In this document: piece by piece, positions 23,783-31,577 of the stretch
Position numbering within the stretch: position 1 is the first letter of the stretch
Layout of the letters: each line of letters opens with the position of its first letter
IMG/VR virus record: IMGVR_UViG_3300007735_000758
Location: 1-56,915 of that record
Reading direction: 5' to 3' (one strand)
DNA length: 56,915 nucleotides
Source: a virus
Lineage: Duplodnaviria; Caudoviricetes
Notes under the pieces: model-generated
What the model saw: the letters and a program-made list of their open reading frames with translations, nothing else
The model's database searches: none
Told to the model about the DNA's origin: nothing
Made by a program: the position numbers and the translations under genes

Positions 23783-24346
23783 ATGCTTACAAAGTTAAGC
23801 CTGATGATCCAAAAGATCGTATCGAAGGAAGCGTCCCGCTTCACCCTGAACGGGATCTTAATTACCAATAAAGAGACAGTGGCAACGGACAGCCACCGTC
23901 TAACACGGGTCAAGCACCTGTTCGTACAGGACAAGATGGACCGTCACGTAGTCCTGAAGGCGACAGATGCCATCTCGCTGTCTAAGATGGCAGGGAAGGA
24001 ACCCATCGAGGTTATGGGGGCCACTGCCGCAGACATATCCTTCCGCACCAGGGCGAGTAATACTACCTTCGAGCCGCTGGAAGGTAGCTTCCCGGATTAC
24101 CTGCGGGTTATCCCGTCTAAGACGGAAGACCATATCTGTATCATCTTCAACCCCAAGATGATGCAGGGTCTCATGGAGATCCACGGCGCTGCGGATGATT
24201 GCGTGCGGATGTATGTTCACCCGCGCAATCCCAACAACAACGCCATCATCCTCGAATCTGCGCGGGAAGATGGGCAGGACGTGCAGTCTCTCTTGATGCC
24301 CGTGCGAGACGCTGATGGGTACAAAGCCAGGAGGTACAGTGTCTAA
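23783..24346 (+). CDS. DNA polymerase III beta-clamp-like protein (partial clamp)
   Basis: SRFTLNGI, VATDSHRL, EGSFPDYLRVIP, FNPKMM, LLMPVR. Confidence 0.75.
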   Translation: MLTKLSLMIQKIVSKEASRFTLNGILITNKETVATDSHRLTRVKHLFVQDKMDRHVVLKATDAISLSKMAGKEPIEVMGATAADISFRTRASNTTFEPLEGSFPDYLRVIPSKTEDHICIIFNPKMMQGLMEIHGAADDCVRMYVHPRNPNNNAIILESAREDGQDVQSLLMPVRDADGYKARRYSV

Positions 24347-24358
24347 ATTTGGACACTT

Positions 24359-24742
24359 ATGAACACAAAAAAACTTACTTCGCATATCCTCTCGCTGCTA
24401 CTGCAACACACAATAGCAGTGACATGGAAAGATGGGACGAGTGGACGCGCCTGGGTAAAAACTAGGCGCGTTCGCTTGCGTCCTGTCAAGACACAGAAGA
24501 CCTACGCTGTTGCTCTTCACGAGATCGGTCACATCGTAGGCGACCAACCCAAGGCACGGCTAGACCGTGAAGCTGCGGCCTGGGAGTGGGCTATGCGTAA
24601 CGCTCTGAAGTGGACGCGCATAACCCATGCCACAATGCAACGCTGCCTCCAGTCTTATATGGATGCAGCCCAGCGCAAGCGGTACAAACCTTCGCCCCGT
24701 GCGAGCCGCTTGCTAGTGTCCAAATTTGGACAGGAGGATTAG
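24359..24742 (+). CDS. Small HExxH zincin-like metallopeptidase
   Basis: ALHEIGHIV...REAAAWEWA. Confidence 0.7.
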   Translation: MNTKKLTSHILSLLLQHTIAVTWKDGTSGRAWVKTRRVRLRPVKTQKTYAVALHEIGHIVGDQPKARLDREAAAWEWAMRNALKWTRITHATMQRCLQSYMDAAQRKRYKPSPRASRLLVSKFGQED

Positions 24743-24745
24743 TAC

Positions 24746-25018
24746 ATGACCCTACCAACCATCCATCTTAACGGCACGGACCCCCGTGACCTGCTGCAAG
24801 ACGTTCTGGACGCTTTAACAGCGATCAGAGAAGCCATCCGGGCGCTGGATAAAACAGCGCCCAACGGGCGAGACTACTACCCCCAGGGCGGCGATGCCCT
24901 GGGGCTGGCCTTCGGAGAGTATCTCCTACGGAGAGATAGCCTGTGCAATGTTCTGAAAGAACTTGAGCAGATTGCCGAATACTTGAGCGACAAAGCAGTA
25001 CAGCTCAATCGCCTTTAA
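24746..25018 (+). CDS. Hypothetical phage protein
   Basis: PTIHLNGT...PNGRDYYPQG; SD GGAGG. Confidence 0.8.
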   Translation: MTLPTIHLNGTDPRDLLQDVLDALTAIREAIRALDKTAPNGRDYYPQGGDALGLAFGEYLLRRDSLCNVLKELEQIAEYLSDKAVQLNRL

Positions 25019-25057
25019 CTAACCAACAAGTGTCCAAATTTGGACAAAGGAGAACAT

Positions 25058-25309
25058 ATGCTTACGCCAGAATTAATATACGAAGCCATGAGACATGGCT
25101 ATAGCTGGGGAATGTGCGAGGCCGACCTCGATCTTGAGCAAGGTAGATGGCGAGAGTGGGTGAACGGCAACTATTGCGGGTGGTTGCCCAAGGATGACGC
25201 CGAGCGCACAGCTTACGAAGACCTATTAGACCGCTGTGCAAAGACGGCGTACGAGATGATGCGCGATGCCTTCAAGGCCAACCAGGAGGCAAAGTGCGCT
25301 ACGCTTTGA
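25058..25309 (+). CDS. Hypothetical protein
   Basis: SD AAGGAG directly after a palindrome copy. Confidence 0.7.
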   Translation: MLTPELIYEAMRHGYSWGMCEADLDLEQGRWREWVNGNYCGWLPKDDAERTAYEDLLDRCAKTAYEMMRDAFKANQEAKCATL

Positions 25310-25497
25310 TGTCCCGGTCTAACGAAGGCGATGAATGGAATGACGCAGGGTACGCAAGTACCCTAAGCCAACTGAAAGAGTTGGCGCAGTGCTGGATCAT
25401 GCAGTACATGGCAGTAGACATGGAGAGAGGTCTGGTAGCAGACCTCAACGTAACTCCTCGATCCTGCACCCTTGCAAGCAAGTGGAGGAAAGCATGA
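25294..25497 (+). CDS. Hypothetical protein
   Basis: GTG start with SD AGGAGG. Confidence 0.55.
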   Translation: MRYALMSRSNEGDEWNDAGYASTLSQLKELAQCWIMQYMAVDMERGLVADLNVTPRSCTLASKWRKA

Positions 25498-25667
25498 GCC
25501 ACACAAGGCGGGAAGGCCCCCGCTGCTACAACCCTGCCTTAGTCCGCCTACCTGACGGTACCTACGGCACCTTCCCGTTCGGTCATCCTATGCCGGAAGG
25601 CGCTGTCGTTATCGAGCGCCGGAGTACAACAGGATGGCGCAAGGTGCGAGAGTGTGAGTATGCGTGA
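25494..25667 (+). CDS. Hypothetical protein (57 aa)
   Basis: SD GGAGG; ATGA overlap. Confidence 0.6.
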   Translation: MSHTRREGPRCYNPALVRLPDGTYGTFPFGHPMPEGAVVIERRSTTGWRKVRECEYA

Positions 25668-25767
25668 GCGTATAAACCAAATCCTCGACACCGTTACACA
25701 CTTCTGCTTCGCGTATTTGCCGTACATCGTAATCCTGGGTGCGGCATTCTATTTCTTCAGCCGATAG
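25660..25767 (+). CDS. 35-aa single-TM microprotein
   Basis: MRERINQILDTVTHFCFAYLPYIVILGAAFYFFSR; stop codon abuts the palindrome at 25768. Confidence 0.5.
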   Translation: MRERINQILDTVTHFCFAYLPYIVILGAAFYFFSR

Positions 25768-25792
25768 TGTCCAAATTTGGACAGGAGATACT

Positions 25793-26107
25793 ATGCAAGA
25801 TTTCACATTAGGAACGTGCCAAGCCATGACCTTTGAGGAGTGGGCGCTCAGCCAACTGCTCATGATATGCAGACCCGATGGGTACCTCGATCAGACCAAG
25901 GATGGGATTCATTCCACCTACCTCGTCGAGAAAGTTCGCGCCCTAGTACTGGCGCTGGACCACGGCGACGAACTCCAGTACCGACTGGATGTTGCCCAGC
26001 TTGACCAAGACGAGCAGGAGATCCGGCACCTGCTCGAAGTTATGAGGTCGCGAGATCTCGATGGCGCAGGCTTCTCGCCGTACGTTGGAGGGCAAACGAT
26101 CCAATGA
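25793..26107 (+). CDS. Hypothetical protein
   Basis: SD AGGAG overlapping the palindrome end. Confidence 0.7.
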   Translation: MQDFTLGTCQAMTFEEWALSQLLMICRPDGYLDQTKDGIHSTYLVEKVRALVLALDHGDELQYRLDVAQLDQDEQEIRHLLEVMRSRDLDGAGFSPYVGGQTIQ

Positions 26108-26202
26108 CAGTTAAAGAAATCATCGAACTTATTCTCATCGCACCACTGCTCGTGGGAATGTACTTCATTGCGTGGAGGGCGTGGAGGAATCTAGATCTAT
26201 GA
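26104..26202 (+). CDS. 32-aa single-TM microprotein
   Basis: ATGA overlap; MTVKEIIELILIAPLLVGMYFIAWRAWRNLDL. Confidence 0.55.
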   Translation: MTVKEIIELILIAPLLVGMYFIAWRAWRNLDL

Positions 26203-26324
26203 AGATTCTCAAGCTCATCGACGAGCTAAACGAAGCAATCATAGACGTTGTTGGCATGATCCTGTCAGGCGTGGCTGCGCTAGTATTATGCGCCATCATC
26301 TACTGGATCATTTCGCTACTGTAA
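26199..26324 (+). CDS. 41-aa single-TM microprotein
   Basis: ATGA overlap, SD GGAGG; hydrophobic C-terminal half. Confidence 0.6.
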   Translation: MKILKLIDELNEAIIDVVGMILSGVAALVLCAIIYWIISLL

Positions 26325-26331
26325 AACACTA

Positions 26332-26377
26332 TAGGGCAAGTACTGCACTGCACTTGCCCTAAACCATTTGATAGAAT
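26332..26377 (+). promoter_or_regulatory. Extended -10 promoter with overlapping 10-bp inverted repeat
   Basis: TAGGGCAAGT/ACTTGCCCTA; TG-A-TAGAAT at 26369-26377. Confidence 0.5.
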
Positions 26378-26409
26378 AAAGAAGTGCTGCCCAGCACAAC
26401 AGGAGCTAT

Positions 26410-27438
26410 ATGTTTTCAACAGAACTCGTCAAGGCGATTCAGATCGCCATCAATGCCCGTGTCCCGATGTGGCTTTGGGGACAGACCGGAGTCGGCAAGT
26501 CCTCCATTTGGAGGCAGGTCGCGCAGTCCCTTTGCAGGACGCACATCGACGTGCGCCCTACTCAGATGGACCCAGTAGACATGGGCATCCCGTACATCAA
26601 GGATGGCATCTGCTACCGTGCCATTCCCAACTGGTTGCCGAAGGATGGCAGCGCGTTGATGGTCATCGAGGAGCTGCCGGATGCACCCCCATCTGTACAG
26701 TGCGCTCTGTACCAGCTTGTCTTAGAGCGTGAGCTTGGAGACTACAAAGTACCTGACGGCGCGTACATCTGCGCTACAGGCAACCGCGCCCAGGACGGTG
26801 GCAACTACAACCAACCTCCTGTCCCTCTTCTCAATCGGTTCCTGCACATTACCTTGGAGTCTGGCTACGATAGCTGGCACGAGTGGGCAGCTAAGGGCAG
26901 CAGCGCCATGAAGGTGGACGTCATCCCGCCCAAGCCTATCTCCCCCAACATTCGGCCTGAGATCCGGGGCTTCTTCTCTTTCCGTAAAGATCTTCTGGTG
27001 CAACAGCCAAACAAGAGTGAGTTTGCATTCTGTACCCCCCGTTCTGTCGAGATGCTGTCTCGCATCATGGATCAAGAACCCAGCGCCGATGTCGCTGCGG
27101 AGCTGGTACACGGCTGTATCGGTAGAGGTACAGGCACAGAGTTCCTGGGCTTCCTCCGCACCTACAGGTCGCTGCCTACGTTGTCTGCTATCCAGGCAGA
27201 TCCTATGAACGTCCCGGTGCCTACTGACCCAAGCAGTTCGTACGCAACATCCATCTATCTGTCCAACTCGTGGGCAGCAAAGTACTCGCACTCTATCTGC
27301 TCGTACATGACCCGTCTCTCGCCCGAATACGGTTGCCTCTTCCTTAAAGATCTTTGCACCAAGGATCAAACGGCAATCGCTCACCCCAGCGTTCTGGCTA
27401 TGCACAACAAGCCCGAATACAACAACCTGATGTTCTAA
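26410..27438 (+). CDS. MoxR-like AAA+ ATPase
   Basis: Walker A GQTGVGKS, Walker B MVIEE, ATGNR, PLLNRF, TPRS. Confidence 0.9.
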   Translation: MFSTELVKAIQIAINARVPMWLWGQTGVGKSSIWRQVAQSLCRTHIDVRPTQMDPVDMGIPYIKDGICYRAIPNWLPKDGSALMVIEELPDAPPSVQCALYQLVLERELGDYKVPDGAYICATGNRAQDGGNYNQPPVPLLNRFLHITLESGYDSWHEWAAKGSSAMKVDVIPPKPISPNIRPEIRGFFSFRKDLLVQQPNKSEFAFCTPRSVEMLSRIMDQEPSADVAAELVHGCIGRGTGTEFLGFLRTYRSLPTLSAIQADPMNVPVPTDPSSSYATSIYLSNSWAAKYSHSICSYMTRLSPEYGCLFLKDLCTKDQTAIAHPSVLAMHNKPEYNNLMF

Positions 27439-27462
27439 CCCCCAACCTAAGGAGATAATTCT

Positions 27463-28356
27463 ATGTCTATTCTTTCTGAGAAAGCGATCCTCGTCCGGTT
27501 CTCTGTCGCGCAATGGACGGCGCGGAAGTTCGACAAGAAGGCCACTGCCGAGGTCGAACAGAATCACGGCGCAAACGCCAACGCTGGGGAGGTAGGCCGC
27601 TTCAACAAGCAGCTTGCCAGCAAGCGGTATATGACGGAATTGTCCAGCAACATCTCGCTGGCACGGGCGTGGCACTACGAGCAGACGCTCCCTTGGCATG
27701 ATGCCGAGGGCGTCCGCATCCTCCCTGTCGCCAACTTCAACAAGTACCAGGAGGAGATGTCCAAATTTAGACAGAAGCACGAGGAGGCTCTCAATACTTT
27801 CGTCAAGCAGTACCCGGACGTAATCAACGAGGCCAAGTATCGTCTCAACGGTTTGTTCAATCAGGATGACTTCCCGCCTGTCGAGTCCATCCGTAGCAAG
27901 TTCTCGTGGGAGATCAGCTTCTCCCCGGTGCCTGAGTCTGGAGACTTCCGAGTTGCTTTAGGCAAGGATGTGATGAAGCAGATGGAGCAGGATTTACAGA
28001 AGCGTTTGTCACACAACTACAACTCCGCTTGCGTCGATCTCTTCGAGAGGGTCCAGCAACAGTGCCAGCATATGCACGAGAGGCTGACGGGGTACACGGG
28101 AGAACGTGCTGGGGCCTTCCGCGATTCTCTTGTAGAGAACATCCGGGAGCTTGCCTCTCTTCTTCCCCGGCTGAATGTCGGCGGCGATGAGCGGCTCGAT
28201 AGCATCGCTCGTCGCATCGACGAAGAGTTGTGCCAATACGATGCCGACTACCTGCGGGAGAACGACTCGACCCGCAAGGATGTCGCCACCCAGGCCAAGG
28301 TACTTGGCGACGAGGCCGAAGAGATCATCAACCAGATGAAGGGGATGTTTGCGTAA
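27463..28356 (+). CDS. DUF3150-like alpha-helical protein
   Basis: W.ARK.DK...TLPW...G.RILP...FRDSLVENI; lies between MoxR and vWA genes. Confidence 0.7.
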   Translation: MSILSEKAILVRFSVAQWTARKFDKKATAEVEQNHGANANAGEVGRFNKQLASKRYMTELSSNISLARAWHYEQTLPWHDAEGVRILPVANFNKYQEEMSKFRQKHEEALNTFVKQYPDVINEAKYRLNGLFNQDDFPPVESIRSKFSWEISFSPVPESGDFRVALGKDVMKQMEQDLQKRLSHNYNSACVDLFERVQQQCQHMHERLTGYTGERAGAFRDSLVENIRELASLLPRLNVGGDERLDSIARRIDEELCQYDADYLRENDSTRKDVATQAKVLGDEAEEIINQMKGMFA

Positions 28357-29537
28357 TGTCGGAAGCCTCAAAACGTATCGTACAAACGACCGTCCAGATG
28401 GCAATCGGGGGCGAGATCTTCTTCGGAAGTCTCGCTCTCCGGTACGATTGGCAGGCTGACAAAGCCTGCCCTACCATGGCGACAGACGGCAGACGGTTCT
28501 ATTACAATCCTGACTTTGTCCTATCCATTACTCAGGAAGAACTCAAAGCGGTCATCATCCACGAGATCATGCACGTTGCTCTCATGCATCCGTTGCGTAT
28601 CAAAAGCCACGACCATCGCAAAGCAAACATCGCGATGGACTTCGCTATCAATATCTTGATACGAGATTGTGGGTACAAGCTACCGTCTATGGCGCTGCTG
28701 GATAATCGGTACACAGGCATGGCATGGGAGCAGATCTACAAGCTGCTCCCTCAGCAGCAGAAGCAGAACCAACCTAGCAACGGTCAAGGACAAGGGCAGG
28801 GTCAACCCAGCCAGGACCAAAGCCAAGGCCAAGGCCAGCAGCAGCGTGACTACAGCAACGGCGATGTCTTGAGTGCTGGTGGTACAGCAGAGGAACGTGC
28901 TGACCTGGAGCAGCAGATCATGACGACCGTAGCGCAGGCCGAACAGACTGCGCGAGTAGCAGGCAAGATGCCGGGAGCTTTGCGGGATCTTCTCGTACAA
29001 GTGCGTGAGCCAGAAGAGGATTACCGTTATCTCTTCCAGAAGTTTATGGCACCCATCTTCCCGGTAGACTACACATGGCAGCGCCCGTCCCGGCGTTTCA
29101 TGGGTCAGGGTATGTATATGCCTTCACTCTTGAAAGATGGCGTAGGCAAGCTGGTAGTCGGGCTGGACACATCTGCTTCTGTATCTAAAGCAGAACTAGA
29201 GATGTTCCTGGGGCTGATCAATCACTTCCTCACCAAGGTCAAGCCTGAGAAAACACACCTGTTGTACTGCGATACTACCGTGTACAAGCACGAGATGTTC
29301 AAGCCAGGACAACCGATGGATGTCAGCGAGTTCCAAGCACAGCGTGGCGGCACTCGCTTCCGTCCAGTGTTCGATTATTCCAGCGAACACGACCTCAAAC
29401 CTAAAGCGTTTGTCTACTTAACCGACATGGAATGCGACGACTTCGGGCCTGATCCAGGCGTTCCGGTGTTGTGGTTCCAGGTCGGCAACTACAAGAGCCG
29501 CCCTCCCTTTGGGGAGGTCATCCGGCTTAAGAGCTAG
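28356..29537 (+). CDS. Metallopeptidase-vWA protein (DUF2201-like)
   Basis: ATDG...YNPDF, HEIMH, N.AMD..IN; MIDAS-like DTSAS, GGTRF.PVF, LTD. Confidence 0.88.
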   Translation: MSEASKRIVQTTVQMAIGGEIFFGSLALRYDWQADKACPTMATDGRRFYYNPDFVLSITQEELKAVIIHEIMHVALMHPLRIKSHDHRKANIAMDFAINILIRDCGYKLPSMALLDNRYTGMAWEQIYKLLPQQQKQNQPSNGQGQGQGQPSQDQSQGQGQQQRDYSNGDVLSAGGTAEERADLEQQIMTTVAQAEQTARVAGKMPGALRDLLVQVREPEEDYRYLFQKFMAPIFPVDYTWQRPSRRFMGQGMYMPSLLKDGVGKLVVGLDTSASVSKAELEMFLGLINHFLTKVKPEKTHLLYCDTTVYKHEMFKPGQPMDVSEFQAQRGGTRFRPVFDYSSEHDLKPKAFVYLTDMECDDFGPDPGVPVLWFQVGNYKSRPPFGEVIRLKS

Positions 29538-31276
29538 GGCAACTCGTAGTAGGTACTCGTGGGGATGTCGTACTTCAATCGCGTCATCCCCTGCTTACCT
29601 ACCCATTTGAATCTACACTTCCAGCTATGGATCTCGACGTATCCATCTGCATCTTTCCGATGCACGGTTAGCCCACAGTCAGTCTTATTGAACCAGTGTG
29701 CGCTACCTGAGATGTCATACCCTCCAGGGACGGGATTCCCTCCCATCGTCTGCATCTTCTGCGGATGCGCCACGAACCAAACATGAATGTTCGATGCCTT
29801 AGCGAAGGCACTGATCTTCGATAGCATCGCGGAGACTGCGTCTGTTTCGCTCTGCTTATCCCCTCTGTGCAGGTCTAGACAGTTGTAAGGGTCAATGACT
29901 AGGCCGTCTATCCCGTAGCGCATAACGGCTGCGTGAGCGCGATCTAGCAGACTATCTACCGTAGGCAGATCCCTGCTGGTAGCGAAGTCGATAAAGGTGA
30001 AGTGCTTCTTGCACCAATCAACAGCGTCCTTTGCTTCCTGCATGGACATGGACCCAGGCCACTGCGAGAAGAAGGGTTTCTTCAGGTGCATCTCCGAGAG
30101 CTTGGCGATGTGCTTCGATGGCTCGTTCTCCATGGATGCTATCGCAAACTTCCACCCAACCTGATGCGCCAGATTCACCATGATCATGTCGAGGAAGTTC
30201 GACTTACCGGATGACGGCACGCCCGTGACTACGGTCATCTGTCCTCGCGCCACGGTATACAGTTGATCTACGCCGACAAACCCTGTACTCTCTCCTCTAC
30301 CGTCACCTTTGGTGAACAGTTCCATGACCTGATCGAAGTAATGGTCAGCAGTGTAGAGGGAGGTAAGAGGGATGGGCTTTGCTTCGTCAAGAACTTTAGC
30401 TAGAACTTCTTTCCCGTGCTGCATGAGGACATCGTTAGCGTCCTTACACCCCTTCGGGTACGTTACCGTCATGCACTTGCTGCGAGACAAGCGACGAGCG
30501 ATCTCTTCGGCAAGCTGCTTGCCGGGAGTATCGGAGTCTACACACAGAACGAACTGTCTAAATTTGGACAGGAACTCTTCGAGTTCAGCGATCCACGAGA
30601 AGCGCAGACTGTTGCCTTCTTCTTTCTTCGCTGGCGCACCAGCAGGAACGGACACCCAATTCGGATGCCCTGCTTCCGCAACAGATAAAGCATCCATCTC
30701 TCCTTCGCAAATGATGAGAGGCCTGGATGTGTCAAATGTCTGGTGCAGACCGAATAACAAACCTCCTGCCCCCTGATCCTGGCTAAAGGCTTTGGTGATT
30801 GTACTCCGGTACTTGCTGGAGGCGATCTCGCCATCCATATCGTAGAAGGGGAAGGCAATACAGTCTTGCTCTCCTCCCGTACGGAAGAACTTCCTGGCGC
30901 TGTACAGCTTGCCTAGATTCGCAGTCTCCTGCGAGATCCCTCGCTTAGACAAGTACTCCAGATGTGCCGCTTGCAAGCGCACAGGCTCAGCAGGACGCGC
31001 CGGAATCTCTTCAGGTACTTTCACTACCGGGATCGGTGCTGCAAAGTATTCTTCCAAGTCATTTAAATTCAAACAGTCTTCCTCCTCTCGCGCGACACCA
31101 GATGCGTTGCAGTGATGGCAGTAGTAGACGGGGCCAGCATCTCCATGCGACCACGCTAAGATGCGGATCTTGGAGTTCGCTCCTCGCCTAGTGTGACTGC
31201 ACTCCGGGCAAAGAGAACGCCACGACCCACGGCCACTACGCAGGAACTGCGCTGCAAGATCCTCGAATGTTGGCAC
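29534..31276 (-). CDS. Primase-helicase (T7 gp4/Twinkle-like)
   Basis: Zn finger CPEC...CHHC, TOPRIM ICEGEMDALS and DSD, KDAND; SF4 helicase GVPSSGKS, VIDPYN, VAHP, ISGSAHW. Confidence 0.93.
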   Translation of the reverse strand: MPTFEDLAAQFLRSGRGSWRSLCPECSHTRRGANSKIRILAWSHGDAGPVYYCHHCNASGVAREEEDCLNLNDLEEYFAAPIPVVKVPEEIPARPAEPVRLQAAHLEYLSKRGISQETANLGKLYSARKFFRTGGEQDCIAFPFYDMDGEIASSKYRSTITKAFSQDQGAGGLLFGLHQTFDTSRPLIICEGEMDALSVAEAGHPNWVSVPAGAPAKKEEGNSLRFSWIAELEEFLSKFRQFVLCVDSDTPGKQLAEEIARRLSRSKCMTVTYPKGCKDANDVLMQHGKEVLAKVLDEAKPIPLTSLYTADHYFDQVMELFTKGDGRGESTGFVGVDQLYTVARGQMTVVTGVPSSGKSNFLDMIMVNLAHQVGWKFAIASMENEPSKHIAKLSEMHLKKPFFSQWPGSMSMQEAKDAVDWCKKHFTFIDFATSRDLPTVDSLLDRAHAAVMRYGIDGLVIDPYNCLDLHRGDKQSETDAVSAMLSKISAFAKASNIHVWFVAHPQKMQTMGGNPVPGGYDISGSAHWFNKTDCGLTVHRKDADGYVEIHSWKCRFKWVGKQGMTRLKYDIPTSTYYELP

Positions 31277-31340
31277 CTGCCCATCCTACCTTGACGATGC
31301 ACTTGTGTGCAAATGTAAAAATGTGTATGCTCTACAGAGG
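31277..31340. promoter_or_regulatory. Overlapping divergent promoters with a central inverted repeat
   Basis: Minus strand: TTGCAC-18-TAGGAT-6 nt-GTG. Plus strand: TTGTGT-17-TATGCT. TGCAC-TTGT-GTGCA at 31298-31311. Confidence 0.55.
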
Positions 31341-31577
31341 ATGCCACGGATCACCATTACCACTACGAGCGATCTGCATCGAAGACTAAAAATTAAAGCA
31401 GTAGAAAATGAAACGACTATTAGGAGTTTAGTCACGGATGCCATCGAAAACATTCTGGAACAGACACAACCTACCGGACCCAGTAGCAGCGGTGCTGGCC
31501 TACGATGGGTACAACAGAGGGAACAGCCACATCAGCGTCACCGGACTGATCCAACCTCCACGGATCAGGATACTTAA
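31341..31577 (+). CDS. Ribbon-helix-helix regulator
   Basis: MPRITITTTSDLHRRLKIKAVENETTIRSLVTDAIENIL. Confidence 0.7.
   Translation: MPRITITTTSDLHRRLKIKAVENETTIRSLVTDAIENILEQTQPTGPSSSGAGLRWVQQREQPHQRHRTDPTSTDQDT

Larger units (their letters stand above)
23181..30570. repeat. Dispersed 16-bp palindrome TGTCCAAATTTGGACA (8 copies)
   Basis: Perfect at 23747, 24717, 25031 and 25768; one mismatch at 24340, 27758 and 30555; three mismatches at 23181. Confidence 0.92.

Noticed and set aside
26722-27780. 352-aa minus-strand ORF (and similarly 54602..55450)
   Set aside because: Antisense shadow of the MoxR/DUF3150 genes (and of the tail fibre) caused by codon bias.
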